Assembly (NCBI GenBank): GCA_944341445.1
Contig: CALVLZ010000006.1
Location: forward strand, 2,589 to 66,588
Source of the DNA: an uncultured Clostridia bacterium
GTDB lineage: Bacteria; Bacillota; Clostridia; Christensenellales; UBA1242
Reading direction: 5' to 3'
Length of the DNA stretch: 64,000 nt
Shown: positions 61,201 through 64,000 of the stretch, piece by piece
Layout: every line of letters begins with the position of its first letter
Numbering within the stretch: position 1 is the first letter of the stretch
Notes under the pieces: model-generated
Told to the model about the DNA's origin: nothing
Databases searched by the model: none
What the model saw: only the letters and a program-made list of their open reading frames with translations
Position numbers and translations under genes: made by a program

Positions 61201-64000
61201 TTTTAAGCAGAAAGTTCATTGAAACAGAAGCTAAACCAAATGGTGATAATAACAAGACAGAATTAACATCAGAGCAAAAGTTAAATGAAAACACTAAACG
61301 TTTACACATCTATTCAAGCTTTAGTAAAGTTTATTGGAATGGTATTTTATTAGAAAATGAAACTATTCCTCAAACAGATAATTCTGTTTTCCCATATTTA
61401 AGTTATAAGCCAGAAGTTGGAAAAATTCTTGTTTACACAGAAGATGATTTAAGACTAATGCAAGATAACTTATATGCAGAATTTGTGTTAATGAACGATA
61501 TTACTATTAATGAAACTTGGCAAGCAGTTGGAACAGAAATTGAACCATTCTCTGGTGAAATTTATTCTGACGGAGATAATGTTTACACAATAACATTTAA
61601 AGCAAACATTGAATCAAACACTCAAGATGCATATGGAATTGTTGGTTATGCAGAAGGTGCAAACTTCAGAAACTTTAATGTTGCAAACGCACAAATTTCA
61701 ATAGCAAAAGAAGATGCTGAAAGCGGTTATGCTTATCACGTTGGCGTTGTTGCAGGTATTGTTAATAACACATCACCATCAGATGCAACAACATTTGAAA
61801 ACATAACAATTATTAATCCAAACATTGCTGTTTATGAAATTAAAAGTGTGGGCGGTATTGTTGGAACAGGTTACTACACATACATTAAGAATTGTAAAGT
61901 TATAACAACAACTGAAAGTGAAAACTCTAAAATTCAAGTTTTAGGTGTTTATGATAGTTCTGCAAACGTTAATGTTGGTGGAATTGCCGGAGTGTTAGAA
62001 GGTGTTGGTTCAAATGCTGGAAACAACTTAATTCTTGGCAACAACGATAGTGCTGGAGATAATTTTGATTATGACGTTGAAAACTTAAAAATTATAATTA
62101 ACGCAAGTTCAACTAATAACACTTTGGAAAACATAAACGTTGGTGGTGTTGTTGGTTCATTAAATTGTGGAATTAACACAATTGACTCTGCAATTTTAGA
62201 GAATAACGGATATAAAGTATTAGGAACAAGCACTAAAAATGTGTTAATTCAAGTTAATGAAACAGCTAAAACTAAAAACGTTAATGTTGGTGGAATTGTT
62301 GGCGATGCAAATGGTGTTGTTATTAACGATTATAGTTGGGAAGAAAAAGTTGATGGAGAAACACAAACTTTAGTTAAATCAACTGAAACTTTAGATTCTT
62401 ACATTAAAGTTGGAAACAGCGCAAATGCTAAAACAAGTTTAAAAGTTGGTTTAGTTTCTGGTAATATTAAAAACGCATTATTAAACAATATTGATGTTAT
62501 AAGAAATAGCAATTTCACAGAAGGAAGTGAAAACATTGTTGTTAATAACGCAAATGTAACTAATGCTTATATTGGCGGTGTGTTTGGATATGCAGATATT
62601 TTAAATGCAACTAACATTAATGTTGAAAACATATATATTAATTCAACTAATAACAACACAGGCTTTATTGGTGGTGTTGCAGGAACATTATTAACATCAG
62701 AAAATGGTAGCAACATAGCAGTTAAGAATTTAAACTTAACATTAACAAGTGCTAACAATGCAACCAGAGTTGGTGGTGTTGCTGGTGAAATGGGTGGAAG
62801 CTTTGCAAAATTAGCAACAAGCGGAAAAATAACAAGCAATGTAACAAACATTGGAATAAATGTTGGTGGTGTAGCCGGTAACAATACTGCAGAGATTACA
62901 GAAAGTTTGTCAAATGTTAATATTTTGCAGAACGGAACAAGTGCTCAAACACAACACATTGCAGGTTTTGTTGGTGAAAACTCTGGAACAATAGAAAATT
63001 CATATTCAACAGGTTGTGTAAATGTTGAAAAAGCGACATTAACAGGCAGTGGAACATACATTGCAGGTTTTGTTGCAAATAATAAGGATGAAGGAAGTAT
63101 CTCAAATTCATACACTATTTCAAAATTGTTTGCAAACAACTCTAATGCAGAAATAAGTTACAACAATTTCCATAACACAACAAACAAAGGCGGTTTTGTT
63201 GCAAAAGGAGATGTTAATGCAACTTGTTACTATAGCTTAGATTTAGTGTCATATTCTGCAAACAAGGGCACAGCAAAAACAACACAAGACTTATTGTTTA
63301 GTAAGGAAAAGCCAAGTGAATTAACTAGCGGAGTATGGAAAGGAAAAACAGCGGATGAATATCCAATGTTTGCAAGCACTTTCTTTAACGATTTCCAACT
63401 TGAAGGAACAAATCAAAAACCATCTGAAAATGTTTATAATGCTGAATTTAATTCATACATTTTAACAGATACAAACAAAGATTCTTTTGTTGGAAAAGAT
63501 TTAGCAAATGTAACAATCTATGCTAAAGACAGCACAACTTTTGGTGGAGTTAATAGTTTAGATGAAACAAGCGTATTGTTTGGCGTTCAAAGTTATAACA
63601 CAAATGCTTCAATGGTTGGAACTAACAATGGTTTAATTATTGGAACAAGATTGAATAGTTACAACGGAAATTTGGTTGCAACTAATAATGGAATAATTTT
63701 TGATACTAAATTAAATATTAAAACAGATAGCACAACAGGTGCAATTTCAAAAGTTAATAACATTATTTTAAATGGAAATGTTATAACAACAAATAAAGGT
63801 GTTGTTGAAAAATTAACTGCTTTTGCAGATAATGGTGCAACAAGATATATTGCAGGTGGCAATGGTTTACTTGTTGAAGTTGCTGCGCACACAGGAAAAA
63901 CAGAAGCAACAGCATTTGGAATATATAATGGCAACACAATAAAAAATAGTTACTCAATTGGAAGCAACTATTCTTACTATTACGATTTTGATGGTAACCA
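49218..64000 (+). CDS. Second giant surface lipoprotein (at least 4927 aa, runs off window), paralog of 30886-48807
   Basis: Absent from the ORF track, consistent with no in-frame stop. My translation: MGNFKNKLLSVMAVLFGAFVMFVGCG (lipobox, Cys25; RBS AAGGTG). The same frame reads DGTASNPFQV (52170), HYPNGE (56043), SNEDNPDPIY...SLDGNGY (57360), YGTSGNPYLV (59133) and ...GSNYSYYYDFDGN at the window end. Spot-checked, not translated end to end. Confidence 0.88.
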   Translation, partial: MGNFKNKLLSVMAVLFGAFVMFVGCGKVSYEKMSVATTVTTVNGTFNDDVEIVLDDEDQSNNIFTVSAQVSNAPKGYNGEVEIGFEIDNGAIVKAGEKTFSNGKTVQQYKAVQAGLQVISVKTLQGNKSDSIKITVVEPVKSVNFKTKNLLVKAGNKINFYDMLVFNNNPNYSSSTQKKVTYTISDIQDNIDETIIAEMLQELNTTGSITFTKDMNLPEFKITATSAVNPEISDSITVNVVDFVESSQVILKANDEVLENNNGEFSIELAKNINGLNIANLEFDFNVGEDKDLYIVKASNFENSTLALNNLSHINKFQLSAIGETSEPYKITFTIFHNDNVDDDYLRTEVTLNVTVVSYPKNIIVENENGEQVTNVTIYKNMAPGSDAKGVPVYVYAMDNVGSNANKMINQEILVTLPINSKVEVRNSSGKLLEGEVVIKTGDVLYVKHNYDGTALDSEINNLYLKFKSVKYANASFNLKLNVIKGDINLSTAQPNIDINLAPVDINIDGEDVHFENGFQFLQIQGLPQGFDYKDLKVQILDTNLVEAYVTTNSIGLKGLGNIGTTKVIVSAGNGSSVTFNIKTFEELLADIDNTYITLPNGQKIGVYEASTEDGSLEVVGNIVDLNLQGGIGVKLNFVINGKTYTSIPSGYSPISNSTDASIATILNNNQISTSTRFGNAQLTLTIKGYNKNGEFNKIIKFVINVEVEVKVNALKNNLGTSSAINKYSIDTVVESDWDKYAKQTVGIYLDPAGLFFNENLQFDVNILSNYNFNKPVIDTSNAGITTYVFNEVKGLASVFVEVPNENTTTKNVVIYASLNSSISSTFAVTLEFSISQTFNDFSSIVTEVKNVVKTTVNANFSRANLLTNITAQVTNKTIYFDTRDFVDSPADGIYAEKQIKVNVFPTNALNKKVEALSESEFVQLETTFDGSYSYVNIKLVKNKEGALPNTENGKPIKIKIGAVDSKTSGGVYTIYDEVFVYINDGTASNPFQVKTEADLYKINNGMDKYYVILNDIYLNGNYTPIGLNSDGSVTPFTGNITGLSSITVNGAATGETNQSTIHNLNMNYASEQTYYGLFASLGRDAVVSNIVLNNIKLQYRPAVLKDFTNVYIGAIAGYSEGATIQNCSVIGKNDISTFEYSKLAGSDYDFDINLHDTKISADGSATLTNANLYVGGIVGFANTINNVTTKLYNNNVNLKIRVSENSAEKSLTNVGGVVGYLNGGRIVYNEENSIVETSDVYVVIVVNGDTSKIYSEDDYANANAVGGVAGVINSATISGATVSSYINAENFNLVAGAVGYVYNSNLFNTTAMPIISGSDIVAGLIGKMLFDNKGSDQYNAIDNNKVEFIYNQYEDSMFNSALKSANVSAGLIGIASNLRIVNNNFVDNKELNVIVSNNAVSGYTSKDAVNYYGDIVSLSNEKTIKNYVAGLVYEVNNIVLVNNQVIANLAFVENGVSTTELEVAGLVNKFSGISSIIKTSAIVNLTAFGDYSKVTSRNISAFISDAGNYNANMEVQPNNLSADSTFGVGSDNGNVNKSNDEYTFGEISYKFLNFEDDNITYKDETKYAFAVQNSFVNFEIKNSDIGLNSEIERRFVGNGYEKTLQQDYMNEGVLDTANYNIINVVFVNSALNLAEGKDANGYVLKTVGGSNSTAGSAEGEIVSAVASTNELENTSFTNLTSNIYTLNEELNNADSVDSVAVDVKTNYLNTIYEGSSGSSLGYEEGEEESVNTANWYVNSGINNGVITNFGKTNLKDVNGQQVVNLLTNFAPSDINITQNENKENIWLVNDNSNLQTVLYYYDLSSDSYLPNSDINLNDYNLSSEQKLKASNLIKQQLQLKNTYLLSDVFANLSCVPAFLNINKLKITSSNNAVMQVVTTANNQLAIKVLKTGSAELIVSSIYDRNVSKNVTINVVSAVDKFEMFLNPSKTQVADGENVNVIKGRTQNLYASNGSSIDFNVVLADNFGIDVEYTFSFNLNNTNKSGVRFFYAEDEKIYKDVEGSSLNTDTVSISINKQKFVKDADSGYYYIDIASGEDISVTGELFGSTQVIAVPYLEVGNTKLLVVDIEKLVNEKAQTNTNASVISFNVINGTSNLKANRSEITLSSQNSDIFNVTITTEEEREILFLSYVTSYGEIILPVNNVDFVEQDLNRFNFVSASNSTVSVTELNKLNKFKNGSVLAFNNIELRLLSVNYVDGLKTYTFSINQTTNETEISKIKENLTTNITFFTANVDSKIVVDNENSLNVNIDSVKNYSQSINVTVQPQEVISHTLLHYPNGEYVVDENGNVTTNRDWDEVAYNNIIPSYNGILKLNVYPWFANLDYVEIVARGNNDEKMSLEQLVAVYSNEYVSNYQPIYPQNEIIQDGYGIRLYKASYVNFNNGVVESYGFDGNIYIRTLISSTTVSSTSFYITVTGYAENGTSSTIVFSNTVAPLQLDVIVPPSIDLSINGEKEAPIAIGMSAEIDIKKYNLDGEVTFEKSTISGNSFTDFTVTNNGSTLVVNCPSGSSVKPGVIIKIVGSGKKVINNRTYEATDTVTLIVTEFVVKGITLENVNDGKLTGLFNQKHLLSIKVQAEYDTSSAINAKFVEEKINALNNYLTYSVNGENLMSRYYLRTYGVGKVIDTNITQNISNNFEITAETVSNNTKALFLQNKVFNSADRLVVKVKIQYSTESCDGDTNNYFGGVTVVNNLSSASDFTYEYECEFGFGFYRLSNEDNPDPIYNVESLMGMQSGGDYILQSDLELTNWQPLNVDINSLDGNGYIITIKSFDINAQSGQNSANIGLFEEIHASTTLKNLNIRIMPNGGSKLNEKIPSSNSMSGDIFADLTIDATAFNNVNFGILAGFNYGTITNCNVDYVAEDIVEIRERALKNGNNNTVDEEYINNWKNVESNYNTLRDLSIIRVKAKETSQQLTHNIAGLVGTNSGYITNSSVENISIYGMGNLAGLVATNNGKISSSYYKGANIVNLTPNTSSYSATAGLVVNNTLSGEIQYSYAEGREGSYIGLNEDALKTTDIEKGYFIVSTAEDDKTNLDKKLYSSYNLKIALFNELAKETPEIDDNTINLVKESLNLRAMNSAIVSSGNVASFVYTNSGKVSNAYANFMVYTSGASASGFVFENNGTISDTYTLSSIQVENENYMPFTGASKSSSSIVIPNNKGSISYSQYLKLGTSVNELEFIRKYADSFHDDNEPASSIGTIEFSEYNTFQGFAFNNDFDSNENITNAVWYIRTYERDETLKDNNNEYVLFNNNYFKTSTNILNRPQLVSANLRTLSFRKIVSGSTSAKNEYVYMSYVADNSPTFAYGTSGNPYLVDSARNFNIFVQESSIVDNVNKPATDDSMDYRIFNNSIRFIKDISFNNTDVKANTYNIEYAGDLDGNGMQISNVRIIADSDFESQNGQLDYLGLFGKIVSVANVNGRISVLDENGLVNGQTVKESEILNRGNVRNLKVEVDQVDGSNVHIVGALAGIITNADVSNITITPMNSSVIIKGKNAVGGLAGLVNGNSEITNINTNINVTASYFSNANPFNSNSAANSISKGFNIYSKTILVDETKDYVNNLTTLNVNGKEVGVSYAGAVVGVLDVNAENRVYSNISSKSLRNSMARKFVVNGSVTITGEIVGGVIGLVGEKASVSDMIFEVNRDETPKLNASRIAGGIVGENRGEIQRSYTTHEETWQKQIDSSIQTQVNRNATNISVDDEYKTLFTGNPNYMGALVGFNNDGTIRNSYARVSAENPNAMYAGGIVGINQGGIINSVYTTASVESYFVMGGAIGLQLPQIIVQNNDNSAIYTEGLCFAEDTNIFDFNYESKNVYINKEFLTNADNASSISNTVVAAMWKESVTKNTRKQNIGKNSVIGGFIGTLIAPRDQDSGLYNINSSIRTDVSVNRAITETNFFVQPKDGGLVNTNGVVRKYNEIGTINNESSNNYANSQSEIMDNKIVGSNNSVVSISDSGEVGYRSGYLKTTSAVDNKETYYRYSRMFNVGSARTYKEILSRKFIETEAKPNGDNNKTELTSEQKLNENTKRLHIYSSFSKVYWNGILLENETIPQTDNSVFPYLSYKPEVGKILVYTEDDLRLMQDNLYAEFVLMNDITINETWQAVGTEIEPFSGEIYSDGDNVYTITFKANIESNTQDAYGIVGYAEGANFRNFNVANAQISIAKEDAESGYAYHVGVVAGIVNNTSPSDATTFENITIINPNIAVYEIKSVGGIVGTGYYTYIKNCKVITTTESENSKIQVLGVYDSSANVNVGGIAGVLEGVGSNAGNNLILGNNDSAGDNFDYDVENLKIIINASSTNNTLENINVGGVVGSLNCGINTIDSAILENNGYKVLGTSTKNVLIQVNETAKTKNVNVGGIVGDANGVVINDYSWEEKVDGETQTLVKSTETLDSYIKVGNSANAKTSLKVGLVSGNIKNALLNNIDVIRNSNFTEGSENIVVNNANVTNAYIGGVFGYADILNATNINVENIYINSTNNNTGFIGGVAGTLLTSENGSNIAVKNLNLTLTSANNATRVGGVAGEMGGSFAKLATSGKITSNVTNIGINVGGVAGNNTAEITESLSNVNILQNGTSAQTQHIAGFVGENSGTIENSYSTGCVNVEKATLTGSGTYIAGFVANNKDEGSISNSYTISKLFANNSNAEISYNNFHNTTNKGGFVAKGDVNATCYYSLDLVSYSANKGTAKTTQDLLFSKEKPSELTSGVWKGKTADEYPMFASTFFNDFQLEGTNQKPSENVYNAEFNSYILTDTNKDSFVGKDLANVTIYAKDSTTFGGVNSLDETSVLFGVQSYNTNASMVGTNNGLIIGTRLNSYNGNLVATNNGIIFDTKLNIKTDSTTGAISKVNNIILNGNVITTNKGVVEKLTAFADNGATRYIAGGNGLLVEVAAHTGKTEATAFGIYNGNTIKNSYSIGSNYSYYYDFDGN

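Noticed and set aside
31747-63937. Numerous 60-150 aa minus-strand ORFs over the giant genes
   Set aside because: Antisense shadows: their PPT/PPI repeats are the reverse complement of the GG[IV]VG codons. The same applies to the shadow ORFs over sbcC, mfd and dinB.

Overview
Chromosomal window from a very AT-rich, spore-forming Firmicute (Clostridia-like), standard genetic code, most genes on the + strand. The first ~30.7 kb is housekeeping and sporulation genes: a DnaD-domain protein, sbcD-sbcC, a frameshifted MATE-like transporter, an orphan kinase-like gene, an M1 aminopeptidase, walJ, two CPBP proteases, rlmH-tadA-(degenerate glmU)-pth-mfd-prsA-like, a putatively LexA-controlled dinB plus small gene, a stand-alone GlmU acetyltransferase with glmM, an SDR, a CE4 deacetylase-like protein, ywmB-like/spoIIQ-like/acpP/spoIIID and ttcA. 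Several conserved gene clusters lack their usual members (prs, spoVT, murA, spoIID). The remaining ~33 kb holds two tandem, collinear giant lipoprotein genes: 5973 aa, and at least 4927 aa (the second runs off the window and is absent from the ORF track). Both are built from Ig-like segments alternating with GLUG/beta-helix-type modules. The first contains three rubredoxin-like C-x2-C-x12-C-x4-C repeats and a Trp-rich C-terminal domain. No rRNA, tRNA, CRISPR array or mobile element was recognised. All protein calls come from motif recognition by eye; no searches were run.
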